Part shown: piece by piece, positions 13,701-25,442 of the stretch
Layout of the letters: every line of letters begins with the position of its first letter
How positions within the stretch are numbered: the first letter of the stretch is position 1
Assembly: GCF_009914755.1 (NCBI RefSeq)
Contig: NC_060944.1
Origin: the human T2T-CHM13v2.0 reference genome, Homo sapiens
Strand: one strand, 5' to 3'
Length of the DNA stretch: 64,000 nt
Notes under the pieces: generated by a model
Told to the model about the DNA's origin: nothing
What the model saw: only the letters and a program-made list of their open reading frames with translations
The model's database searches: none
Translations under genes and position numbers: made by a program

Positions 13701-16468
13701 TTGGCTGTGGTGGCCTCACAGGTGGGGCCCAGGGGTCTGTGTTCACACCGCCCAGCAGCAGGCGAGGCACACGGTGGGCTCTGGACGGTGGGCACTTGCT
13801 GGCTACACGTGGGGACAGAGCGGGTCCTTCCCTGCACCCTCTATTCATTTATCCACACAGGGATTAATTCGTTTGTCCACTCGCTGGTTCCATTCAGCAC
13901 ACCCCATTCGCTCAGCTCAGCGTGGGCGGCAGAGGGGTCAGAGGTGGTGGGGGCCTATGACCTCCTCTCTGGAGCTGCGCTAAACTGGCCAGCTGGCTCC
14001 TGGCTGGGGCCTCTCTGGGACTCATCCTCCTGCCCTACTCACCTCCCTCTGCCTCTGTGCTTGCTGCTGACCACCACCCAAAGAAGCAGGCATTTCTGGG
14101 CGAGGTGGGTCCCGGCCCCCTGTGGCCGAAGGTGTTCCCTGGGAATGGACAGCTGTGAGCAGGCGGAGCCACACACAGAGCCACCGGGCTGTGCAGGTGA
14201 AGGAGCCACGTGGAGGTGTGCAGGAGGTGGAACACTTAGGACCCTTTCCCGTGGGCAGAGACCCAGTGCCGGGGGAGGCCTGGCTGGGTCGTACCCCCAG
14301 CCTCACCCTGGCTCAGGACACCGGCACCCAGAATCCTTGGGCCACTCCGAGCCCAGAGGCACCCAGGCCCTCCTTGAGCTACATGCAACTTTAAAACACA
14401 CATGTCCTTTGACCTCCTCCCACCCAGGGGGTTTCTCTGCTCTCTCCCCTTGAATCTGGCGGCCTCCACCCCGCCCCGACCCCACACAAATGAATGAGTG
14501 TCCCCAGCCTTCTCAGCCCTGAGCACCATCGCGGATGGCATTGCGGGCGCTTCTCCACCGTCTGCGTCAGCCCCCGACAGACGGTCCCAGTGGGACTGTG
14601 TCCCTATTACCTGTGTGTCCCCATCCCCTGAGCAGACCCGGCTGACTCAGTGCCATGTGTACGATGGGTAAAGGATGAATTTGTGAAACATTTCAGATAC
14701 ATTACACTTGACGCCATGTTAGCTCCACTTTCACCTTTTTCGGTTCTTAATATTCCAGAAGCCCCAGTAAGACAGAAGAGTCTTGGGCCCTGGGTCTGGG
14801 GAGGCACCCAGAGCCCTTCACGGTTTCTTGACTGTCCTCGGAGAGGCGCTGAGCTCCGGGGGCGCATCCAGCTCCCAGTGAATTCTGGCGGCCACTGAGG
14901 AAGCTTCTGCTGAGAGAATTAGGGAAAGGACCCCCCCAGGAGGGTCTTTGCTGGAGCAGACGCCCCGCATCACCACCTGCTGCCCATCCATCCTGGCCAG
15001 CGGCTCCCATACCCACTCCTGCCGCTGGGGGCTGACCGTGGCACCAACCCTTTTTTCCATGGAAGCTGCCCTTTGGTTTATGGTTGCTTCTTGTTTCTGG
15101 AACCTTTGTACCAGGATCCCTGCCCCTGTGCGTGGCAGAAGTCTCCAAGGTCATTCACCCCGGCCACGCTGCCTGGGGCTCCGGGACCGGCCACTCTTTC
15201 CTGACCACGTGGCTGTTCTTCACCATCCTGCCTGGCGGCTTGTCCCGCCAGGGCTGGCAGGGTCTTCAGGATAAGGCTGTGGCCCCCTGGGGTAGTTCCT
15301 CAGGCCATAGGGAGGACGCTCAGCGGGCGAGAGCTGTGAGCTGGATGGTGTGGACCTGACTGTGAGCAGCCACTCTCTGGGCTGGCAGACATCCCAGGGC
15401 GCTGGGCTGTAGCTTCTCCCTCATCACTAGCGGAGGGCGGCCTGCGGCGGAGGGTCTGGACTGTGTGGTCTGGGCCCTGCAGTCCCCATGGCTTCCCAGG
15501 CAGCCCCCAACCTCACTCTGGGTGAGACACTGGGGACTGTGCCCAGGGGGCAGGCGGCCTCTAAGTGCACAAGGTGATGTGCCCCTCCCACTTCCAATGT
15601 CCCAGGAGGGCGGAGTGAGCCCGCCTTGTGCTGGGCAGCAGTATGCAGGGGTGGCCGTGCAGGGCCAGGCAGGCACCAGGTGGACAGTCCTGCAGCGGAA
15701 CAGGACGCCCCTGCCCGTGAGCATGTACTCCCTCTTTGTCCCAGGACCCCCCTCCATCCTCCTCCCAGGAGCCCCTCTATTGCCCTTCCAGGTCCCCCCA
15801 CCCCTCCCAGAACCCCCTCCCTTTCCCTCCCAGGATCCCCTCACCCCTCCCAGGCCCTCTTCCTTCCTCCCCCAGGTCCCCTCCCAGAACCCCTTCCCTC
15901 CCCACCAGGCCTCCCTCTACCTCCTAGCTCACCCTCCCTCCCCTCCTCTCACCTCTGTCAGACAAACGTCCTGGAGATAGGAATAGCCTGTCTCCGTGGG
16001 GAGCTGACTCCCCATGACCACTGTGGTGGGGGGTCAAGGGGACAGAGTGCCTTGGCAAGGACCTGGAGACCCCTCGGGTCAGCCCTGAGCCCAGCTGACC
16101 TAGAGCAGCCACCAAGGGAGCTGAAGCCAATGCCTTCCCCCAGGTCAGACGGGGTCCCGCTCCGAGCCTCAGCTGTGGCTCTTCAGCACCCCAGGCCCAC
16201 CTGCTCCCCACCCCAGCCCCTCCTCCACCTGGGGGAGGCCTGGTGGGGCCCAGGCCTGTGGGGTCCTATTTGGCCGGTGCCATCTTGGCATCATCCCCCA
16301 ACACACGGTGGAATCAGGGGTCTCACCTGGGCCATGGGGGCCTGGGTGGTGACATTCTGATCAGAGCAGGTGGAGGCAGTGCAGGCTGTCCTAGGCCCCC
16401 CACCGCGCCCGGGCCTCACAGCCTCCTGAAGGATGAGCGCATGCATCTGGGGAGGGTGGGCCTTTGTG

Positions 16469-17295
16469 AGGGGAGAGAGAGGAGAGAGAAGAGAGAGAAG
16501 GAGAGAGGGAGAGAGGAAGAGAGGGAGAGAGAGGGAGAGAGGGAGGGAAACAGAGAGGGAGGGAAAAGGAGTGCGAGAGAGACAGAGAGGCAGGGAGGGG
16601 GGAGGGAGAGAGGGAGGGAGGATGACAGGAAGGGAGAGAAGGAGGAGAGGGAAAGAGAGGGAAAGAGAGAGGGAGGGGGAAGAAGAGGGAAAGTGGGGAG
16701 GGAGAGAGAGGGAGAGGAAGAGAGAGGGGGAGAGGAGGGAGAGAGAGAGGGAGGGATGGAGAAGAGAGAGGGAGAGGGAGAGAGAAGGAGGGAAAGGGGG
16801 AGGGAGAGAGAAAGAGAGAGAGGAGGGAGAAGGAGAGGGAGAGAGGGGGGAGAGAGATAGGGGAGGAAGAGAGAGGGAGAGGGGGAGGGAGAGAGGGAGG
16901 GAAAGGGGGAGGGAGAGAGAAAGAGAAAGAGGGAGAGGAGGGAGAAGGGGGGGAGAGAGATGGGGGAGGGAGAGAGAGGGAGAGAGGGGAGAGAGGGAGG
17001 GTGAGAGTGGGGAGAGGGAGAGGGGAAGAAAGAGAGAAGGAGAGCGGGGAGAGAGAGGGAGAAGGGGGAGGAAGAGAGGGAGAAGGAGAGAGAGAAGGAG
17101 GGAGAGAGGGAGAGGGAGAGAAAGAGAAAGGGAAGGAGAGAGGGAGGGAAGGAAAGAGGGAGGGAGAGAAGGAAGCAGAGAGGGAAGGAGAGAGGGAAAG
17201 AGAGAGGGAGGGAGAGGGAGAGAGAAAGAGATGGAGAGAGAGAGAGACAGAGAGAGATACATGGAGAGACAAAGAGCGGAGGAGGGCAGAGGAGA
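16469..17295. repeat. Polypurine (G/A) low-complexity tract, ~830 bp
   Basis: Almost entirely G and A on the + strand. Confidence 0.95.
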
Positions 17296-20200
17296 GCGGC
17301 CTGCCTACCTTGAGGAGGGCAGAGGGTGGAGACTAATTTGCACCTTAGTCGTGCCCTCAGGCTGTCCCTGTGAGAATGCCAGGGTGGTCCTAGCACCCAA
17401 CACCCCAGCATGGCAGGCCCAGGTGTCTCTCGGGCTCAGGTTTGCCTCAGGCCCCCCTGGCTCTAGGAAGCCCCCAGCCCTCCTCAGTCCTTCTCCTCAG
17501 CCTTCGCTGTGCCCAGGTTGTGTGCCTGGGAGGTGGGTGTCCGTGTTATTCTAGGGATGCTGCTGTCCTTTGGGGGTGACTTCTTACTGCCTCCACTTTT
17601 CAAAGCAGGAAACTGAGGTTCAGAGAGGTTCAGGGCCTGCCTGAGGCCACACAGCAATTACCAGCAGAATGGTGCAGGCTCTGGAGCCTCTTTGGATCTC
17701 CACCCAGATCACCCTCTGGGGCCTCGGGCGGGCGGGGCTCCTCCGTAGGTCCCTGTGATGCAAACGCCTGGGGAGGAAACGGGACCATTTTCCAGGCACG
17801 GGTCAGGGTGCCGGGGAGGCAGGCTGGGCGGGATGTGCTGGGAGCTGGAAAGGCCCCGGGTTGGGTCGGAGTCAGGGCAGATCTGGGTGTGGCTGGGGCT
17901 GCGGAGGAAGTCTAAGGGAGCAGGGAGCCCTTTATTGCACTGCCTCGGTGACATTTCACCTGCCCTGTGCTAAGTGGGGATAACTGGTCACCCGCCTGGC
18001 TGTGCTCACACCCTCAGGCCAGCCCACGGCAGCCCCATGTGGTCCCTGGCCCACGGACTGGCTGCCCTTCCCTGGGGCTTGGCCACTGAGGCCCTTGCAG
18101 GAGCCCTCGAATGGGACCCCCGGTGGGGACTGTGTGGTCCCAACTGCCCAATGGGGCTCTATGGAGCACCTGCTGTATGCCAGGCCCTGTACAGGCCCCT
18201 TCGTGTGGTAATGAACATGGTCTGCACGGGACTCATCCTCCTGGGGCTGGGATTCAGTGACAACTGCAAACTGCCAGCGACACCAATAGCTAAGGAGTCG
18301 TGAGGGTGGCTGAGCTCCGGGAGGGGCGCTGAGGGCCACGCGGACCCACATTGGCCTGGAAGGATGATGGGACCCACGGGGTGGGGGACACAGCCAGGCA
18401 GAGGGCGCCCAGGTGGGAGAAGTGTGGAGCCCTGGCCTGGGCATGTGAGGGTGGGGAGGTGGGGGGTGAGCTCGGGGGTTTTGTGTGAAGCAGGTGGGCA
18501 GAGCCTCGAGGGCCACTGGGGCGGGAGTCTTGGAGGCCCTGAGGAGCCCTGGGGACTTTGTGGGAAGAGAGTGGGCAGATGGCAGCGTGGAATTGGTGGG
18601 GAGAGAAGGACACCGCCAAGGTTGCCCAGACGGGTTTGCAGACCCCAGGGCAGGGGGGTGGGGTCAAGTGAAGGAACTGTCACCCTCTCTGGAGGCAGGT
18701 GCGGCTGACATTGGCTGCCTGGGGACACCAAGGACAGCCCCAAGGTCCTATGGGGTCACATAGAAGTCCTGCTGCCTGAGTGGGGAGCGAGGTGGAGGCT
18801 GATGGCAGGGACCTCCCGTGGGCCTGGGGGCCAGGACAGAGGCTGCCCTGTAATGATTCCTGACCTTCCCTGAGCACCAGCCATCAGTGGTTCCGGGGTA
18901 GACCCTGCTTTTTTTATTTTTCCTTTTTTTTGGGTCTGTAGCTGGATTTAACTGTAAAGAGCAATAAATTACAAATCTGGAAAAACATCCCTTGTCCCCA
19001 CAAAGGACACAGCTGTCCCCAAATGACAAATGGCTCTGAATTAACATTATTTAGTATTTATAACTTCCGCCGGACAGAACTTACAGATGTTACTGGCAAA
19101 TCCTGCCTGCCTTTGGGGTATTTTTAGAGCCTATTGTCCATCGTTACGAGGTTCCTCTAACCTCGTCTCTACCAAGGAGGCAGCGTGCACTGTCTGGGCC
19201 CAGAGGATGGGCCCGGGGTGCCCCCAGCTCCTCTGCAGAGCTGGAGCGGTCCTGGCATTTGTGGGCACATTCATCCATCTGCAAGGAGACAGAGTGCGGG
19301 GAGAGGGCAGGACCCCCGGTCTTGCTCTGGGGCAGGCTGAAGGAGGGCTGAGCAGAGCTGAGGCCAAGTGGCAGCCCCACCCGTGGAAGGGGATTCAGGA
19401 GTAAAGGCAGCAAGGATGTCTCAGGGACTGGACGAGTGGCCAACACTGACCGTCAGGCGGGCACATGGCTGGGAATCTTCGCTGGCTCTGCAGACATGGA
19501 GGCTGGGGCACAGAGAGCTTACCCTGGGCCCTCCACATTCAGCAGCAGCTGGGACTTGAACCCTGGCCCGAGCCATTTCCCAGCCGACTGCACTCTGCCA
19601 GACATCCGAGGTGCCTGGCCTGCCAGCGGACCTCCAGACTCTGTCCTGGACCTGGACTCAAGGGCCTCCGACCCGGCCCTGAGTTTTGGGCTTGGGGGCA
19701 AGGCTTGAGCTGTGACCAAACCTCCCTCACGGCCGCCCCTGGGGTTCAGCTGGGAATTCTTCTGGGCCCCCACAAGAGCTGGGGGGTCTAAGTGTCTCTT
19801 GGGCTTCCAGTGCGTGGATGTACAACTTTATTTGAGTGTTTAATTTCCCCTCTCATCCACAAAATAAACAAGGGAGATTTATCTGAAAGTGACTGAACAC
19901 TTCCAGGCTCTCTGCGGAGTCCGGGCCCACAGCGCTGTGAGCTGCTCACAACTCAACCCAAGTGTCTGCGTGCAAGGGAGGTGCGGGCAGGAAGCATCGG
20001 ACCTGGTGTTTTCGTTAGGGAGGTTAACGGGCTGGGATGGAGGGCCTTAAATCTTTCACTAGAAAATCCCGGTGAAGCTTCGGAGGAGGCCTGGGGGAGA
20101 GCCGGGCCACGGAGCAGCCATCTGTCAGCAGAGGCACCCGCTCGAAAGTGCTGTTGATTTAAGGAGGCCAAGGTATTGAGGGTTTTCTGTGTTTAGTTTA

Positions 20201-22367
20201 AAATCTTCAGAAAAACTCATTAGCGCTCTCCCTAACTGTTTCTGGAAGCGGTGATCTGGGCTCAGGCTGAGGGCTCAGAAAAGGCCATTGGACATGGAGG
20301 CTCACGGAGGGACCAACCGTTCCCCCAGATCCTTCTGGAGCCTGGGCCAGGGTCACCGAAGGGACGGGCCCTCAGCGCCGTTCATCTCGGCTGATCCTAT
20401 TTCAGCCGAGGCCGGGATGGGCTTTCCTGGCCCAGCCAAGGAAGTGACACCCTGTGTGACGGCGGATGAATTCCTGAAGCTGCCCCGCCTCCCAGGCCCC
20501 TTCTCTGCACCCTGTCAGCTCTCCCTGAGGCGGGGAGATGGGCCAGAGGGCACCACATTGAGGCTGACGACTGTCACCCATCCTCGGAGGGGATGCCACC
20601 CCCAAATCATCCAAGCTCAGGGCCCCAAAGTCTCTCAGATAATTCACGCTGGTGCCCCATCTCAGGCTGGCAGGACCATCGCCCCGGCCTCATGCTGGCC
20701 AGTGCCTTTGGCTGACCTCTGAGCTTTGCTTGGGGGAGAGTGCCCAGTGGGAGGCACGGAGGCTCCTGGTGGCGGCCCCCAGCCCCTGTGGGGGCTCCTC
20801 CCCAGACTCCATCTGCCCCCAGCACCTCCCTTTGGAAAGGCTGTTAGGAGACGCCCATGGGAGGAATCTGACGGGGTCCTGGCGTGGGGCTGGGGGTCCT
20901 GACCATGCTGCTGGGAAGGGTTTTCTGTGTTTCCTTCAAAGCCCCCAGAAGAGCTGCCCTGCTGCCTTCCACAGCCCTGGGATTGTTGCTCGAGAGCTGG
21001 CGGGGCGGCCTCCGCGGGGCGGCTCTGGCTGAGCAGCTGCCCAGCTCGGCCCAGGTCCTCCTTGCCCCTCCCTGACCCTCCAGGGCCGACAGGGACAGGC
21101 TTGTCAATGTTCCCCCTGGGACCTGCGGGGCCCTTGTGCAGCAGGAGGCTGGTTGGAGGGAATGCAATCCCCAGGAGGCCGTGGTTACCAGACCGGGGTC
21201 GGTGGGCCTGGTTCACTGGTCTCTCTCCCTTTTTGTCTCTCCGTCTTTGTCTCTGTCTCCATGTCTCTGCCTCGGGAGTCCTCCATCCTGGCCCCATTCC
21301 TTGCTCCCTGCAGAGGGGCAGCCTTGCCCTCCCTCCCGTGCACACGGCGTGCCACAGACTCAACTGGACCCATCCCTGTCACCAGGGTCTCTAGGAGGTC
21401 AAGATCAAGGGCCCTGCACGTCGCAGGATCCTGCCGATTACGAAATGAAGGGGTGCAGAACGAGGCCTCAAAGTGGCGGACCCTCCACAGTGTTTGCAGC
21501 GAATAATCTGGCATGTTTTATACACAAGCATTACAATTTAGAAATGATGAGTTCCGAGGTCAAAGGGGAAGCCCTCGAAGCCAGCAAAGGGCTGGGTCAT
21601 TGGGGCCTCCTCCCCACAACCTCACGTCGTTTCCACATTTCTGGGACCCAGAATCCAGCAGACCGGGCCCGGCCAGCGTCCACAGGCTTCTCAGAAGGGT
21701 GTGCAGCCTGTGCGGCGGCTCCCACCTGGGCTACGGCCACGGCTGCCGTTCCCCTGGACGGGCTGCTGGGAGCAGCCTCAGAGTGGCTGCCTGGGAAGGG
21801 CCTCTCCAGAGACCTTTCCCAGCCAGGCTTCCCTGGGCTCCTGGCAGCACGGCAGACCCCTTACTCTCGAGCTCCTGCACAGTCCTGGGAGAGTCGGTGA
21901 CTGGCAAGGATGGGTCCAGCTGAGCCTCCCCTGGCCCGGAGAGGCTGAGTGGGCTCAGAGCCTGCACCGCCTACTACACCCTGACTGCAGTCGTGGGGAG
22001 TGAGGATCCGGCTTCCCATGGGAGCAGGGCAGTCTGGAGACGACAGAGACCACTGCCCGGCACATTCTCTTCCTAGCCGTCTCCCACTTGGAGCAGTGCC
22101 CACCCTGAGGGGGCAGACAGCCCGGGACTGGCAGAGGACCCCCCGCGGGGTCCTGGAGCCCCTCCACAGTGTACCCAGGAGCACAGAGCGGCGGGTGCGA
22201 AGCAGCCTCCCCACCTGTGGCAGGACAGCACGAGCCGGCGCTTCTGGAATCCCTGCGGGCCAGGCAGGTGCTGGAAACATCACCCGGATGGAGCCCACAC
22301 TGCAGCCTCCACATAGCCACCCAATCACTAACATCCCTCCTCTCAGCACCTGCTTCCGGGGAGCCTC

Positions 22368-22462
22368 CACACACAGGCCCCGGGGACCCTCCCCACACAC
22401 AGGCCCCGGGGACCCCCCTCACACAGGCCCCGGGGACCCTCTTCACACAGGCCTGGAGACCT
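22368..22462. repeat. 24-26-bp tandem repeat x~3.5 (CACACAGGCCCCGGGGACCC)
   Basis: Directly visible. Confidence 0.85.
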
Positions 22463-24871
22463 TCCTCACCTGCCTCCCTCAGCTTCCCTGCTATCCTCCT
22501 TGGGGTGTGTCCCAGGTGAGGGGACATGGCGCGGCTGCAGGGCTGGCCCAGGAGCCCATGAAGGCTGCCTTTGTCATTTTCCTCCTGGTTATCAATGCTG
22601 ATTCACTGGAGAATGTTCAGGAAAAAGAACTTAGAATAAGCTATAATTGTCGAGAGATAACCATCATTATCACGCACTCCCCTCCAGATCAAACATCATT
22701 ACACACTAAGTATTTGTCCACACAGGGGATGGATGAGACCCCGTATATGGCTTGAGACCCCGCGTTTCCGTGGCATGTCTGCATTCTTACATCTTTCCAG
22801 GGCGCTGATGGGTGAGGGCTCCTTGACACACGTGCCCTCGAGCCACCTGGGCAGCCCCTCTTGTTTCGAATTGGACCGTTGCCATTGTCCCAGGGCAGCC
22901 CAGGGGCCGGCGATGGCTCCATCTGTTGGAGACTGGGCAGCGGCATGCCCGAGGTGGGGGGTGGCCCCTGGGGCGGCACTGAAAGGAGGGCCCGACGCCG
23001 CTCATCGCAATGTCCCCACACCTGGTGCACACGCACATCCGGGTCTCAGGTGCACACACCGCCACGCAGGTTGTCCACACAGCCAGGGACCTCCTTGGAG
23101 GCCTGGGCTCCTGACCTCCAGGCAGGACGGCTCTGTGTACCGTGACCCCTCCTGCTGCTGTGGAGGAGGGAGTGGTGGCATCAGAGGGCCTCGACCCCTG
23201 AGCACCATGTCCCAGGCTGGACATAGAGGAAGGAGGACCATTGATCTGAGGAAACAGCACATGTGGAGACTCTGAGATGTGATGGGTCTTGTCCCCACAC
23301 CTGAGTGGATGCAGGTGTCAGGACCAGGGTCCCGAGGCCACGGGGCAGCCAGGGCCGGGCCAGCTGTGCGGAGTTGCCACAGCAGAGCCTGGGCTGCGAG
23401 GGAGTGAGGGCTTGGATGCAAAGGAGAAATGGAACCAGATTCCCATCATGGAAATCCGAGTCGGGGCCAAGTGCAGGGGCGTGGGGGATGGGCTGTGGCT
23501 GGAGCTGGGTGCGCTGAGAGGAGGGACCCAGCTGGGGTTTTACCGGGATCAGGGAGAGCAGGTCTCGGGGGCCTCCCCACGCAGGGAGACCCCAGGCGGC
23601 TCATTCTAGGCCCACCAGCTTGCTGGGCTGCGGAGAAGGAAGGCCTGTGTGGAGGAGGGGGCGTGGGGATCCCTCAGTGCACCCGGCCCAGAGTGCAGCG
23701 TGCAGGCCCGGCTGGCTGAGGTGTGGCCAGGGCTGGGCTCCCCCACCCCGTCTTCCTCCTCCCCCAGGCCTGTGGCCCCAGTGCGGCCCGACGCCGTCCA
23801 GCAGTGGGGCCAAGAGCGCGTTATCAGATAATAAATAAGGCGGCTGGAGCCGTCCGTGTCAACATCTTGGCGGCCGCACAGGGTACTGTGGGGGAGGGGG
23901 CTGCCCACCAGGGCCACCCCCACCTGGGGGGAGGCTGTGGGCTTAGGCAGCCTCCGCTGCTGAGGCGCCTGTCGGTGGAGGGGTGAAGGCGCGGGCACCC
24001 TGGGGTCTATCCCCAGCCACAACCTCGCAGCCTCGGGGGTGCCGGGCCCCTCAAGCATCACTTCTTCATCTCGGCCTCGTGTGGAGGCCCAGGCACGGCC
24101 CAGAGGCAGACGTGGAGGGGTTGGGCCTGGGTGCTTGTTCCCTGGGCCTCACCTTCCACCTGGTGGCTGAGCACCTGGGGGGCCACGTGGAGATGGGGCC
24201 CCAGCCTGCACAGGTGGGGTTGCTGCTGAGGGGATGCTGCGGCCGGCAGTGCTGGGCCAGGGACACTGGTGTGTCAAGAGCCCCACTCAGCCTCCCTCAG
24301 GGACCCCACCAAGTACACACCAGGCCCTTCCCCACTGTGGGCCCTCCGAGGAGGAGGCTGGGCCCCAGGGTGCCCGAGGGTCACAGTGCCAGCTGCTCCT
24401 GCCACGGGGAGCCTGGGCTGGGGTGGACACCGGGTACTGGCCAACTTCCGAAGGCAAGTCTGATGTCCCCAGAAACACGGCCCCTGAGGCTGTGGATCCG
24501 GCCTCGCTCTCAGGTGAGAGCCTGGACTTGAAGGCCGTCCTGCCTCCCTCCCGCCCTGCCCTCCCCACCTCTCTCCTCTCTGCTCACTCGGCTGCCCTAC
24601 CCTCCCCACAGCACACCAGGCCCTGACTCAGCCCACGTCTGACTGGCTGTCCCCGAAGGCTGTCCACACGCCCTGGAGGAGGCAGCCCGGAGCCCACAAA
24701 CTGTGAGCCCAAGCCTGTGAGGCTGTGGCACCAGCATAGCTGGGTAAAGATGCCACCCGTGTTCCTGGTGGCAGAGTGACCTGTTTGACGATGGTGACAA
24801 TAGGAACTGTTTTTTTCTGAGGGATGTCCCTATTTGGTCAAATAAGGAGGCACTTTTCGTGAACAGTGTTC

Positions 24872-25442
24872 CTTTTCTTTTCTTTTTTTTTCGAGACAGA
24901 GTCTTGTTCTATTACCCAGGCTAGAGTGCAGTGGCGCAGTCAGCCCTCACTGCAGCCTTGAACTCTTAGACTCACGTGATCCTCCCACCTCAGACTCCTG
25001 AGCAGCTGGGACTACAGGCGGACGCCACCACACCTGGATTATTTATTTATTTACTTATTTATTTATTATTATTATTTTTTGTAGAGACGGGCTCTCACTA
25101 TGCTGCCCAGGCTGGTCTCGAACTCCTGGGCTTGAGTGATCCTCCCACCTCAGACTCCTGAGCAGCTGGGACTACAGGTGGACGCCACCACACCTGGATT
25201 ATTTACTTATTTATTTATTTATACTTTTTTGTAGAGATGGGCTCTCATTATGCTGCCCGGGCTGGTCTCAAACTCCTGGGCTCCAGTGATCCTCCCACCT
25301 CAGACTCCTGAGCAGCTGGGACCACAGGCGGACGCCACCACACCTGGATTATTTATTTATTTATTTATACTTTTTTGTAGAGATGGGCTCTCATTATGCT
25401 GCCCGGGCTGGTCTCAAACTCCTGGGCTCGAGTGATCCTCCC
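24872..25442 (-). mobile_element. AluJ-type element with an internally triplicated ~150-bp segment
   Basis: Anchor GTGATCCTCCC at 24976, 25136, 25286 and 25432. Confidence 0.88.

Noticed and set aside
16243-17554. 200-370-aa E/R/G-rich or S/L/P-rich ORFs
   Set aside because: Artefacts of a polypurine tract that lacks stop codons.
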